From Mobula hypostoma (taxonomy: Eukaryota): a stretch of DNA of 64,000 bases. Shown here one piece after another: positions 38,756 through 52,179 of this stretch. The position numbers and the translations under genes were made by a program. The stretch's first letter is position 1. The number at the start of each line of letters is the position of its first letter. Under the pieces are notes generated by a model, which was given only the letters and a program-made list of their open reading frames with translations, was not told the origin of the DNA and searched no databases. Location: contig NC_086097.1 in NCBI RefSeq assembly GCF_963921235.1, forward strand, positions 100,318,001 through 100,382,000, in the 5' to 3' direction.

Positions 38756-41443
38756 AACTATATAACCATATAACAATTACAGCACGGAAACAGGCCATCT
38801 TGGCCCTTCTAGTCCGTGCTGAACTCTTACTCTCACCTAGTCCCACCGATCTGCAATCAGCCCATAACCCTCCAACCCAAATTGTCCAGTTTAACTTTAA
38901 ACAAAACATCGAACCTGCCTCAACCACTTCTGCTGGAAGCTCGTTCCACACAACTCTCTGAGTAAAGAAGTTCCCCAAGTTTACCCCTAAACTTTTGCCC
39001 TTTAACTCTCAACTCATGTCCTCTTGTTTGAATCTCCCCCACTCTCAATGAAAAAAGCCTATCCACGTCAACTCTATCTATCCCCCTCATAATTTTAAAT
39101 ACCTCTATCAAGACCCCCCTCAACCTTCTACGTTCCAAAGAATAAAGACCCAACTTGTTCAACCTTTTTCTATAACTTGGGTGTTGAAACCCAGGTAGCA
39201 TTCTAGTAAATCTTCTCTGTACTCTCAATTTTTTTGACATCTTTCCTATAATTCGGTGACCAAAACTGTTCACAATACTCCAAATTTGGCCTTACCAATG
39301 CCTTGTACAATTTCAACATTACATCCCAACTCCTGTACTCAATGCTCTGATTTATAAAGGCCAGCATGCCGAAAGCTTTCTTCACCACCCTATCCACATG
39401 AGATTCCACCTTCAGGGAACTATGCACCATTATTCCTAGATCCCTCTGTTCTACTGCATTATTCAATGCCCTACCATTTACCATGTATGTCCTATTTTGA
39501 TTAGTCCTACCAAAATGTAGCACCTCACATTTATTAGCATTAAACTCCATCTGCCATCTTTCAGCCCACTCTTCGAACTGGCCTAAATCGCTCTGCAAGC
39601 TTTGATAACCTACTTCATTATCCACAACTCCACCTAGCTTAGTATCATCTGCATACTTACTCATCCAATTTACCACCCCATCATCCAGATCATTAATGTA
39701 TATGACAAATAACATTGAACCCAGTACAGATCTCTGAGGCACACCACTAGTCACCGACCTGAATCCATTTTACTACTTCAATATTAATACCTAATGATTG
39801 AACCTTCCTAACCAACCTTCCACGTGGGACCTTGTCAAAGGCCTTACTGAAGTCCATATAGACAACATCCACCGCTTTACCCTCGTCAACTTTCCTAGTA
39901 ACCTCTTCAAAAAATTCAATAAGATTTGTCAAACATGACCTTCCATGCACAAATCCATGTTGACTTTTCCTAATCAGACCCTGTCTATCCAGATAATTAT
40001 ATATACCATCCCTAAGAATACTTTCCATCAATTTACTCACCACTAACATCAAACTCACAGGCCGATAACTGCTAGGTTTATTCTTAGGACCCTTTTAAAA
40101 CAATGGAACAACATGAGCAATACGCCAATCCTCTGGCACCATGGCCGTCTCTAATGACATTTGAAATATTTCTGTCAGAGCCCCTGCTATTTCCACACTA
40201 ACTTCCCTCAAGGTCCTAGGGAATATCCTGTCAGGACCCGGAGATTTATCCACTTTTATATTCCTTAAAAGCTCCAGTACTTCCTCTTCTTTAGTCATCA
40301 CAGTTTCCATAACTTCCCTACCTGTTTCTCTTATCTTACCCAATTCAATATCCTTCTCTTTAGTGAATACCGAAGAAAAGAAATTGTTCAGAATCTCCCC
40401 CATCTCTTTTGGCTCCACACATAGCTGTCCACTCTGATTGTCTAAGGGACCAATTTTATCCCTCACTATCCTTTTGCTATTAATATAATGGTAGAAACCC
40501 TTGGGATTTATTTTCACCTTAATTGCCAAAGCAACCTCATAGCTTTTAGCTTTTCTAATTTCTTTCTTAAAATTCTTTTTACATTCTTTATATTCCTCGA
40601 GTACCTCATATTCTCCATGCTGCCTATATTTATTGTAGATATCTCTCTTTTTCCAAACCAAGTTTCCAATATCCCTTGAAAACCATGGCTCTCTCAAACT
40701 TTTAACCTTTCCTTTTATCCTAACAGGAAAATAAAGATTCTGTACTCTGAAAATTTCACCTTTAAATGACCTCCATTTCTCTATTACGTTCTTCCCATAA
40801 AACAAATTGTCCCAATCCACTCCTTCTAAATCCTTTCGCATCTCCTCAAAGTTAGCCTTTCTCCAATCAAAAATCTCAACCCTGGGTCCAGACCTATCCT
40901 TCTCCATAATTATATTGAAACTAATAGCATTGTGATCACTGGACATGAGGTGCTCCCCAACACATACCTCCGTCACCTGACCCATCTCATTCCCTAATAG
41001 GAGATCCAATGCTGCCCCTTCTCTTGGTGGTCCCTCTATGTATTGCTGCAAAAAACTATCCTGCACACATTTTACAAACTCCAAACCATCCAGCCCTTTT
41101 ACAGTATGGGTTTCCCAGTCTATGTGTGGAAAATTAAAATCTCCCAAAATTGCAACCTTGAGCTTACTACAAATATCTGCTATCTCCTTACAAATTTGCT
41201 CCTCCAATTCTCGCTCCCCATTTGGTGGTCTATAATACACCCTCATAAGAGTTACTACACCTTTCCCATTCCTCAATTCCACCCAAATAGCTTCACTAGA
41301 TGAGCCCTCTAATCTATCCTGCCAGAGCACCGCTGTAATACTTTCTCAGACAAGCAATGCAACACCTCCCCCTCTTGTCCCTCTGATTCTATCACACCTG
41401 AAGCAATTAAATTCAGGAATATTTAGTTGCCAATCACACCCTT

Positions 41444-42733
41444 TGTCACAATGGTGGGGGCATTGGGAGCAAGGGTGGACCCAAATGCAAGACACATCTT
41501 GTGAGGTTACTTAGATTTAGTTTATTGTTCAATACCAGGCAGGAGCAGGAGTAGCGAACTGGACAAGGGCTCAGGACTACGACTAGGCTGGGACCAAGGG
41601 TCTGGGCTTGGACTCGGAATCGGCTCCCAGAACTAGAGGAGACATGAAGAGGCTAGGGTATGGACTCCGAGCCCGAGACTGGGCAAGGACCCAGTACCTG
41701 GGTCTTGCCTCGGGCTCGGACCCCAAAACCAGGCATGGACATGACATGGGCTAGGGAGAGGAGGAACATGGAAAACAGAGTCTCGGTCTCGGGGATCAGG
41801 TACATGGAACAATGGACACATACTCAGAACACAGAGTCGGGACCCCTCCTTGGGTACAGGACATAGGGCCTGGACTTGCACACAGAACAGAGAGCCGGGA
41901 CCCCTCCTTGGGTACAGGACATAGGGCCGGGACTCATGACCCTCCACGGGGCAATGGCAAGACGGCCTGACTTACCCCACAGAGGCGAGGACAAGATGAG
42001 TCAAGACATGACTCTCCGCGGGGCAACGGCAAGACGGCCTGACTTACCCCACAGAGGCGAGGACAAGACAAGACAAGACCAACACGAGTGAACACCAGAC
42101 AGTACTTATCTAGCTCCGGTGATGGAACTAGACCAAAGTGCAGGCGGGGGCTGCAGACGAGGGCTAGAGGCGAGAGGGGCAGAGAAGGGATTCAGACAAG
42201 GGGGTAGGACAGGAATCACAGACCACTAGGGCCAGGACTTGACTCAGAACTGGGAAGCCGCCAGGGCCAGGACTTTACTTGGTACCTGAATGCCGCCAGA
42301 GCCAGGACTTGACTTGCAGCCTTCGGGTAGTGGCGAGCTCTCGACTCGGCCCGGGAACAGTAGACAGCAGTTCTTGATTCCCTCCGGCGGGTTAACTGAC
42401 TGACCCACCTCGGTGAGGAAACTTTGCAGGCTCGCTTTGGCGAGGTAACTGGACAGGGGTGCTCCAGTGAGGAGAGGCAAATTACCGGCACTCGCTTCGG
42501 CAGAGACTAGGCTTGCTCCGGCCAGATGACATCGACACACCGTACCTTAAATGACTTTGCAGACGCTCCCGCGCCGAACGGCTGAAAGCCGGAGACTATA
42601 AACTACCGGTTCAGCCGAGTGTTAATTGCCTCTAATCACCAAAGTCAAGGGACATGGGAAAATGGGGAATCAACGGTCCGGATCGTAACATAAACAAGGT
42701 AAATTTAAAGGGACCCCGATCCGGACCATGACA
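41444..42733 (-). mobile_element. Solo LTR-like insertion (1290 bp) with internal tandem duplications
   Basis: TGTCA...TGACA termini and a 5-bp TSD CCCTT (41439-41443 / 42734-42738). Removing it rejoins the CR1 endonuclease sequence. Minus-strand AATAAA at ~41521. Confidence 0.85.
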
Positions 42734-43179
42734 CCCTTCCTGTAACCATGTTTCACTAATAGCTACCACATCATACTTCCAGGTATCAATCCATGCTTTA
42801 AGCTCCTCCACCTTTCTTATAATGCTCCTAGCATTAAAATAAATGCATTTAAGAAATTTTCCACCTTTTACTCTCTGTCTATCACTAACGTTGCAAACAA
42901 CTTTACTATTTTCTTTTTCTTCCTTCTTCCCTACATCAGTTCCTACACTCGGGATCCCCTCCTCCCTCATATCTAGTTTAAATCCACCGGAGCCTCTCTA
43001 GCAAATCTACCTGCAAGAATATTTGTCCCCCTCCAGTTTAGATGTAGACCGTCCCACTGGAACAGGTCCCACCTTCCCAATTATCTATAAATCTGAAGCC
43101 CTCCCTCCTGCACCATGTCTTCAGCCACGTGTTGATCTGAGTTATCTTACTATTTCTAAACCCGCCTGCACTTGGCACT

Positions 43180-43404
43180 AAACAACAGGAATTCTGCAGA
43201 TGCTGGAAATTCAAGCAACATACATCAAAGTTGCTGGTGAACGCAGCAGGCCAAGCAGCATCTATAGGAAGAGGTGCAGTCGACGTTTCAGGCCGAGACC
43301 CTTTGTCAGGACTTACGAAGGGTCTCGGCCTGAAACGTCGACTGCACCTCTTCCTATAGATGCTGCTTGGCCTGCTGCGTTCACCAGCAACTTTGATGTA
43401 CGTT
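43180..43404. mobile_element. Penelope-like inverted pseudo-LTR insertion (long palindrome)
   Basis: Arms 43215-43306 and 43315-43406 are near-perfect inverted repeats. 16-bp TSD GCCTGCACTTGGCACT (43164-43179 / 43405-43420). Sequence matches the tail of the GIY-YIG element at 55690-55820. Confidence 0.85.
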
Positions 43405-44079
43405 GCCTGCACTTGGCACTGGTAGCTTCCTACTAATTTTTGCTATATTAAGCGCCCTTGTGTTCTTTTATGCTGTCTTCAACTTCCTATTTTAGCCACC
43501 TTTGCCAGGGCATCAAAAAGAGGGCCTAGGGTTATGAAAAGAGGAAGCAGTTATAAAGCAGATAAGAAAGGTAGTTTCATATTACACATAGAGTGGTTGA
43601 TTAAGAGAGAGGAGGTGGTGGAATTAGATATAATCACCACGAGTATGAGGTAATGTATTTAGACAGACACAGAAGCTTAGAAGGATGTGGTCCGGATGCA
43701 GGCAAATGAGATTAGAGTAGATTGGCATGAATGAGTCAGACTGAAAGGCCTGTTTCTGTATCATACAATCTGATGACCCAGTGGGTAGGATACTTTCTGT
43801 GGAGAACAAGGCAGTGGTAATGTTCATCACAGAAAAACAATGGTCTCTTGTCTGAACAGTCTGGAAGAAATCAAAAATTTGAGACCTTGGGAATGGGAAA
43901 GGCACTGCATAAATAGAAGTCCACCCCTTGAGTCTCAGCTGGGCTGAGTTTCCTCTTCCTAGTCTCCTGGTTGAAGAGACAGGGATCACATCCTCTGGGA
44001 TCTGTCTTTTCTCTTGGTGGTGCAGTTGTAGCCAAATTGGCGCGGGAGGCCTCACGCATTAATTAGCAAGAGGAAATAA

Positions 44080-47000
44080 AAATAAGGAAGGAACAAGCAG
44101 AGCGGCCATTGTGTGAGTGGGCCGGTGTTAGAGCGGGGAGACTTTGGTTCATCAGGCTTGGGTGAGATATGTATCTGGAAAGTTTCTTCTTCTTCATTCT
44201 TCATTCTTTGTCAGTTAGTGCAGCAAGAATGGCTCCAGGTTCTGTGTTGTGAACCTTTTGAGAGATGTGTGAATTCAGGGAGACCTCCAGCCTCCCGGAT
44301 AACCACATCTGCACCAGGTACACCGAACTGCAGCTCCTCGGAGAACGTGTCAAGGAACTGGAGTTGCATCTCAATGACCTTTGGCTTATATGGGAGACTG
44401 AAGAAGGGATAGATAAGACCTACAGGGAGGTAGTCACCCCTAAGTTGCAGGAGGCAGGAAAATAGGTGACTATCAGGAGGGGCAAGGGAAATGGGCAGTC
44501 AGTACAGATAATCCCTGTAATAAGTATACCATTTAAATACTGTTGAGGGAGATGACCTACTGGGGGGGGGGCAGTGAAGATCTGCAGTGACCAGGTCTCT
44601 GGCACTGAGTCTGACGCTGTGGTTCAGAAGGGAAGGGGGAGAAGAGGACTGCGGTATTGAAGGACTGCGGTATTGATAGGGGATTCCTATAGTGATAGGG
44701 ATAGGGGATAGAGGAACAGACACGAGTTCTGTGTACGGATAGAGACACCCGGATGGTATGTTGTCTCCCAGGTGCCAGGGTCAAGGATGTCTCGGATCAG
44801 GGCCACGATATTTAAAAGGGGGAAGCTAAACAGCTGGAAGTCTTGGTACATATTGGCACCGATGATATGGGTCCTGAAGAGCGAATTTACGGAGTTAGGT
44901 AGAAAGCTGAAAAGTAGGACCTCCAGGGTAGTAACCTCTTGATTACTGGCTGTGCCAGTGAGGATAAGAATAGGATGATTTGGCAGATGAATACGCGGCC
45001 GAGAAACTGGTGCAGGGGGCAGGGTTGCAGGTTACTGCGATCTCTTCTGGGGAAAGTACAACCTGTAGAAAAGGCATGGGTTGCACCTGTCCCCAAGGGG
45101 GATCAATATCTCTGCAGGCAGGTTTGCTAGAGCTGTTGGGGAAGGTTAAAACTAATTTCACAGGGGGATGTGAACCGGAATGCTATGGGCGAGGATAGGG
45201 CTGCTGGTTTACAGGCAGAGGTAGTGTGTAGTGAGACTATCAGGAAGGGCAGGCAGATGACAGGGAAAAAATACAGTCAGTGGAATGAGTTGCAGTGTAA
45301 AAATGGGACAAAATCAAAAAGGGTGATGGATACAGGACTGAAGGTGTTATATTTGAATGCATGTAGTATACCGAATAAGGTGGATGAACTTGTCGCACAG
45401 TTAGACATTGGCATGTATGATGGTATTGGCATCATTGAGCCATGGCTGAAAGAAAATTATAGTTGGGAGCTTAACATCCAAGGAAATACACTGTATCAAA
45501 AAAATAGGCAGGTAGGCAAAGGGCTCTGTTTGTAGAAAAATGCATGTCAAAAGGGCAATGTTATGATAGTCATGAGGATTTCAATATGCAAGTAAATTGC
45601 AAAAAATCAGCTTGGTGCTGGATCTTCAGAGTGAATTTCTAGAGTGCCTACAAGATGGCTTTCTAGAGCAGCTCGTGTTTGAGCCAACTAGGGGATCAGC
45701 TACTCTGGATTAGGTGTTGTACATTATGTACTGGAATTGATTAGAGAACTTAAGGCTAAGGAACCCTTAGGGGAGAGTGAAATGATAGAATTCACCCTGC
45801 AGTTTGAGAAGGAGAAGCTGAAGTCAGAGGTATATAGAAACATAGAAAATAGGTGCAGGAGTAGGCCATTCGGCCCTTCGAGCCTGCACCGCCATTTATT
45901 ATGATCATGGCTGATCATCCAACTCAGAACCCCGCCCCAGCCTTCCCTCCATACCCCCTGATCCCCGTAGCCACAAGGGCCATATCTAACTCCCTCTTAA
46001 ATATAGCCAATGAACTGGCCTCAATTGTTTCCTGTGGCAGAGAATTCCACAGATTCACCACTCTCTGTGTGAAGAAGTTTTTCCTAATCTCGGTCCTAAA
46101 AGGCTTCCCCTCTATCCTCAGACTGTGGCCCCTCGTTCTGGACTTCCCCAACATCGGGAACAATCTTCCTGCATCTAGCCTGTCCAATCCCTTTAGGATC
46201 TTATACGTTTCAATCAGATCACTAGCATGAATGATGGCAGAGCAGCAATGGCTGAAATTTCTGGGAGCAATTCGGGAAGCGTCGGATATCTACATCCCAA
46301 ACAAGAAGTATTGTGAAGGTAGGATGATGCAACCACGGCTAACAAGGGAAGTCAAAGCCAATATACAAGTCAAAGAGAGGGCATATTATAGAGCAAAAAT
46401 CAGTGGGAACTTAGAGGATTGGGAAGCTTTTAAAAACCAACAGAAAGCAACTAAAAAAGGCATTAGAAGGGAAAATATGGAATACAAAGGTAAGTTAGCC
46501 AATAATATTAAAGAGGATTCCAAAAGTTTCTTCAGGTATATAAAGAAGGTGTATAAAGAGGCAACAGTAGATATCAGGCCACTACAAAATGATGCTGGAG
46601 AGTTAGTAATGGGGTCAAGGAAATAGCGGACAAACTGAGTAAGAAACCTGTATCAGTCTTCACTATGGAAGACGCTAGCAGAATGCCAGAAGCTCAAGAG
46701 TGCTGGGGGCAGAAGTGAGTGCAGTTGCTTTGACTAGGGAGAAGGTGCTTGGGAAGCTGAAAGGTCTGAAGGTAGATAGGTCACTTGGACCAGACGGACT
46801 ACAGGTTTCTGAAAAGGTAACTGAAGTGTAAAAATGCAGGTATTAGTAATGATCGTTCAAGAATCACTAGATCCTGGAATGGTTCTGGAGGACTGACAAA
46901 TGGTAAATGTCACTCCACTCTTGAAAAATGGAGGCAAAAGGAAGGAAATTATAGGCCAGTAAGCCTGATTTTAGTGGCTGGGAAGATGTTGGAGTTGATT

Positions 47001-48300
47001 TTTAAAGAAGTGGGTTCAAGGTACTTGGAGGCACATGATAAACTGTGCATGGTTTCCTTACGGGAAAATCTTGTCTGACAAATCAGTTCAAATTCTTTGA
47101 GGAGATAACAAGCAGGATAGACCAAGGAGAATTGGTAGATGCTGTGTACTTGGATTTTCAGAAGGCCCTTATCAAGTTGCTGCACGTGAGGCTACTTAAC
47201 AAGAACCCATGGTATTACAGGAAAGATGCTAACATGGATAGAGCATTAGCTGATTGGTAGAAGGCAAAGAGCAGGAATAAACGGAGCCCTTTCTGATTGA
47301 CTGCCAGTGACTAGTGGTGTTCTACAGGGGTCCATGTGGAACCGCTTATTTTTCCATTGTACGTCAGTGATTTGGATGACACAATTGATGGCTTTTTGGC
47401 CAAGTTTGCAGATGATACAACATTAGGTGGAGGGGCAGGAAGTGTTGAGGAAGCAGAGAGGCTGCAGAAGGACTAGAATAGATTAGGAGAATGAGCAAAG
47501 AAGTGGTAGATGGAATACACTGTTCGGAAGTGTATGGCCATGCACTTTGGCAGAAGGAATAAAAGCATAGACTCTTTTCTAAACAGGGAAAAAACTCAAA
47601 AATCCTGAGGTGCAAAGGGTCTTAGGAGTCCTCGTGCAATTTGCAAGCTGAGTTAGTGGTGAGGAAGGCAAATGCAATGTTAAGATTCATTTTGAGAAGA
47701 GTAGAATATCAAAGCAAGGATGTAATGTTTGAGGCTTTATAAGTCACTGGTGAGGCCTCACTTGGAGTACTGTGAGCAGTTTTGGGCCTCTTATTTAAGA
47801 AATGATGTATTGAAATTCAAGAGGATTTAGAGGAGGTTCACAAGAATGATTCTGGGAAGGAAAGGCTTATCGTATGAGGAGAAATTGATGGCTCTGGGTC
47901 TGTACTCGCTGGAATTTAGAAGAATGTTGGTGGGAGAGGGGGCGATCTCATTGAAGGTTATAAAATGTTGAAAGGCCTAGGTAGAGTGGCTTTTGAGAGG
48001 ATAGTGGGGGTGTCAAGTACCACAGGGCATAACCTCAGAATAGAGGGACACCTTTTTAGAACAGAGATGAGGAGGAATTTCTCTAACCAGAGGGTTGTGA
48101 ATCTGTGGAATTCATTGCCTCAGGCCACTGTGGAGGCCAGGTCACTGGGTGCATTTAAGGTGGAGGTTGATGGGTTTTTGATTAGCCAGGATGTTAAAAG
48201 TTGCAGAGAGAAGGCAAGAGAATGGGGGTCGAGAAGGAATGGATCAGCCATCAGACTTGATGAGCCAAATGGCCCAATTCTGTTCCTGTCTTATGATCTT
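44080..48300 (+). mobile_element. Degenerate near-full-length CR1 (ORF1 + ORF2)
   Basis: ORF1 remnants (CEFRETSSLPDNHICTR...YREVVTP; NWCRGQG), ORF2 start LKVLYLNACSI, RT remnants and 3'UTR. Confidence 0.85.
45833..46220 (-). mobile_element. Young-family CR1 3' end inserted antisense into the older CR1
   Basis: Near-identical reverse complement of ~24778-25165. Confidence 0.92.
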
Positions 48301-48399
48301 ATGGATGATAAATTTTGGAGTTTCCAGAGGGCATTCAAACACTCCTGGACGTTGTGCTGTTTGCACAAAACTGGGTGGGGAGGTTGAGAGATGTATACT

Positions 48400-49530
48400 A
48401 AAATTGTAGACAGCATGGAAGGTTTTGTTAAATTACACATGGATCTTGATCAGCTAGCTACGTGGCCTGAGGATTGGCAAGTGACTTTCAATGCAGATAA
48501 ATGTGAGATTTGCATTTTTGGAGATCAAACTAGGGTAGGGTTTGTACAGTGAATGGTAGGCCCCAGGATGTGTTATTTACATTAAACTGCAAGTGCATAG
48601 TTTGCTGAAATTTCATAAGGTGACTCTGACATTTTCTATAAATACTTCTGCACCTAACATCGCTTTACATATATACAATCAATCTATGCATATAAGCTAA
48701 TCTTATGTCCTCAGTCAAACAATTACTTGTACATCATGTTTTATAGGATTACTTTTATATTTATATTTGTGTTTTTTTATTGCGTTCTTCATGCTTACTG
48801 TGTTTTTTCATGCTTCATCAGATCCTGAGTAAAAATCATTTCATTCTCCTTTACATTGGTTTACTGACAAATGACAATAAACAACCTTGAATCTCGAAAG
48901 CAGCATTACAGGTAGAAGGCGCTTGGCATGCTGGCCTTCATCAGTCAGGGAATCAAGTATGGGAGGTTATGTTGCAGTTCTGTAAGACATTGGTGAGGAC
49001 ACACCAAGTATTGTGTACAGTTTAGGGCATCAGATTATAGGAAAGATGTTGTTAAACTAGAAAGAGTGCAGAAAAGGTTCACCAGGATGTTGCCGAGGCG
49101 TGGGGGTCTGAGTTACGAGGAGAGGTTGTGTCAACTAGGACTTTATTCCCTGGAACGTACAGACTGAGAGGTAACCTGATAAAAGCATATGACATCGTGA
49201 GGGGTATAGACAGGGTGAAAGCACATTGTCTTTTTCACAGGTAGAGGCCGCTAAAAATAAGAGGGCATAGGTTTAAGACAGAGATGAGACATTTAAAAGG
49301 GACATCAGGGGCAGCTTCTTCATGTAGAGTGGTGAGACTATGGAACGTGCGGCCAACAATAGCAGCTGAGGCAGGCAGATCAGTAATATTTAAAAGACAG
49401 CTAGATAAATACACAGACAGTAGAGATATCAAGGGCTGTGGGCAGAAGGGACAAGCTCGCTGGGCAACACAGCTGGCATGGATGAGTTGGATCAAAGGAT
49501 CTGTTTCCATGCTGTATAACTTATTGACAC
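48400..49530 (+). mobile_element. Degraded CR1 RT/3' fragment with a nested LINE tail (~48620-48895)
   Basis: CR1-like ttgtgtacagtttt...aaagagtgcagaaaaggttcaccaggatgttgcc. Confidence 0.7.
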
Positions 49531-50600
49531 TAACAGGCTAGCTAGAAGGGAAATGTCTACAGTTAGTGTCAACTTCCACAAAGGTTTAAACCTAGGTCCT
49601 TGTGCACCATATCTGCTCCCAAACTTGACGAAACACACTGAGGTCAGAGGATTGCAATGTGTACTAACATTCAGACTCAGTCAAAGGGTTTGGTTCATAT
49701 ACAGGGCTCAGGTCTCCTCTGAGCTCTGACTTGAGTTCCAATAGATTAGAGATACTCTCACAAAATAAAAAGAATTCTGAAGTTGCCAGGAGGCCTGGAA
49801 ATGTTTGAAGGCAGGAACAGAATGTCAAAACTTTACAAGAAAAACCAAGCACCGATTGTGCAGACAGTCTGAAATGTGCCAATACTATGCATGGGTAGTT
49901 GTGTTTAATCAAACGAGATGCTCAAGCCCGGTAAACATAGCCAGTTCTCTTTCTGCACAGGCTCGACCTTCTTCTGAAGATTAAACAAAGATGAGGGTGT
50001 CACCGTGGTGCAGTTCCAAAGTCCCGCATCCATTGCGCATTCTCCCTGTGACCGCTAGGCTTCCCTGTGGTTCTCCAGTTCACTCCCACATCCCAATGAT
50101 GCGCACTGGGTCATAGAGGCACCGAATCATATAGGCCCTTTGACCTAAAAGGGTTTGTACTAACGTTCCCATCTAAACTGCTCCCATTTGGCTCATATGC
50201 CTCTACACCAGTGATTCCCAACCTGGGGTCCACAGACCCTTTGCATAATGTATTGGTCCATGGCATGGAAAAGGTTAGGAATCCCTGCAAACTTTTCCTA
50301 TCCATGTACCTGTCCAACAACGCTTTAAATATTTTACCTGACTCATCCACTCCCTCTGGCAGCTTATTCCATAGAATGGGCACTCTGTGTGAAAGATCTA
50401 TCCTTCAAGTTCCTATTAAGTCTCTCCCCCTTCACCTTAAACCTTTGCTCTCTACTTGTTGAATCCACAACCCCAAAAACAAGACATATTCGCCCTATCT
50501 CTGCCCCTCGTGATTTAATCATATAAATAGTAGGTTAATTGGCCATTGTAAATTGCCCCCAGGGCACTGCTGAATGATACAGTTTGTTAGAAGCTGATGG

Positions 50601-51983
50601 ACTGTCCGTTTTGGGTTTCTTCAGAATTTAATTCTGTTAATAAATTTTCTATTATTTCTCTTCTTGGTTCTTCAATTCCTCTATCTTTAAGTAATTTAAC
50701 TAATAATTATGTAGTTAAACATTCTTTGAGGATTTGGTTACAATTTAGAAAATTCTTTGGGTTATTTAGTTTTTCACTCTCTTGTCTCATTTTTTCTAAT
50801 TTTTTTTTAAACCTTCTTTGACTGAACTAGTTTTTCAAGAGTGGAATAGACTAGGTAATTAAATGTTTTCAGGATCTGTTTGTTGGAGATAGTCTTTCCT
50901 TATTTGATCAACTATCTATTAAATATAATCTTTGTAAAGGTCACTTTTTTAGATATTTACAAATTAGAGACTTCTTGCATTCTCAACTTCATACATTTCC
51001 TAAATGTCCAGATAAGAATTTAATTGATACAATTTTTACTTTGAAACCTTTTCATGAAGGATCTATTTCTAATATTTATGGTATGCTGTTGGCAATGAGA
51101 AACATTCCGTTAGACAAAATTAAAAACCTCTGGGAACAAGACTTACAGATTTCAATTGATGAGGATACTTGGAATGGAATTTTTAAACTTGTTCGCACCT
51201 CTTCGTCATGTGCGCTCACTCTCTTTTACAATTTAAAGTGATTCATAGAGCCTACATGACTAAAGATAAGCTCTCGTGTTTTTACTCAGATTTTTCTCCA
51301 TACTGTAATAGGTGTAATGTCGAAGAGGCCTCTCTAATTCATATGTTTTAGTCCTGCCCGCGGCTTGATAAATTTTGGAAAGAAGTATTTCAAACTTCCT
51401 CGGAGCTTTTTAAATTAAACTTTAAACCCAACCCTCTGACTGCCTTGTTTGGCATTGTTGGAGGAAATAATTTTATTCTTAAGCTGAATGATTTGCATAT
51501 TTTGGCTTTTATTTCTCTTTTAGCCAGAAGAGTTTTGTTGCTTAAATGGAAAAATGCCGCTCCACCTGCTCATGCCCATTGGTTGATTGATGTTATGTCA
51601 AGCTTAAATCTAGAGAAGATTAGGTGTTCTATTTCTATACCTAGACAAGGTCTTTTCACATTATGGGGACCTTTTTGGAACTACTTTCACAATCTTCGAC
51701 TTGTTCAACAATGATGACGGCTATTATATGTTTGAATTTATGACTATATGTCAGAGATTTTTTTTCTTTTCTTTTAACTAAACAGCCTTTTTTCCCTTTT
51801 TTTCTGTTTTGTTATGGGGTTTTGATTTTGCTTTATATTAGAATAAAATATACCTTTTCAATATTATGGTTAATTTACTATACATAGTTATAGGGCATTT
51901 CAACCTTGTTTCTGTTTCCATAATATCATAATGTATTTTGTATTCGTCTATGCAAGTAATTAATAAAAATATTGAAAAAGAAA
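50601..51983 (+). mobile_element. L1-clade 3' fragment, same family as 21396-29090
   Basis: VVKHSLRIW and FGIVG...LNLEKIRCSI. AATAAA and A-rich tail. 12-bp TSD AGAAGCTGATGG (50589-50600 / 51984-51995). Confidence 0.9.
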
Positions 51984-52179
51984 AGAAGCTGATGGGAATG
52001 TGAGAGATGAGTGCATATATTGGTTGATGGCCATCATTTGCTTGGTGGGCCAAAGGGCCTATTTATGTGCTGAACCTCTCCATGAACCAGCAGCGGATTT
52101 CCACAGCCCGCCTCCATCCATGAACCCTGCTTGTCCGTCCTGGTGCCTGGGATCCCAGTTGCCAGGCAACCCCCATGGG

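Larger units (their letters stand above)
38757..43430 (-). mobile_element. CR1 LINE (ORF1 end plus ORF2), interrupted by a solo LTR and a Penelope palindrome
   Basis: ORF1 end WLKTWCRREGFRF. ORF2 KCIYFNARSI...ISETWL continues after the LTR into 40095-41330, 39747-40058 and 39203-39754 (YADDTKL). Confidence 0.92.

Noticed and set aside
43038..43436. Two near-identical ORFs on opposite strands
   Set aside because: Artefact of the Penelope palindrome, not duplicated genes.
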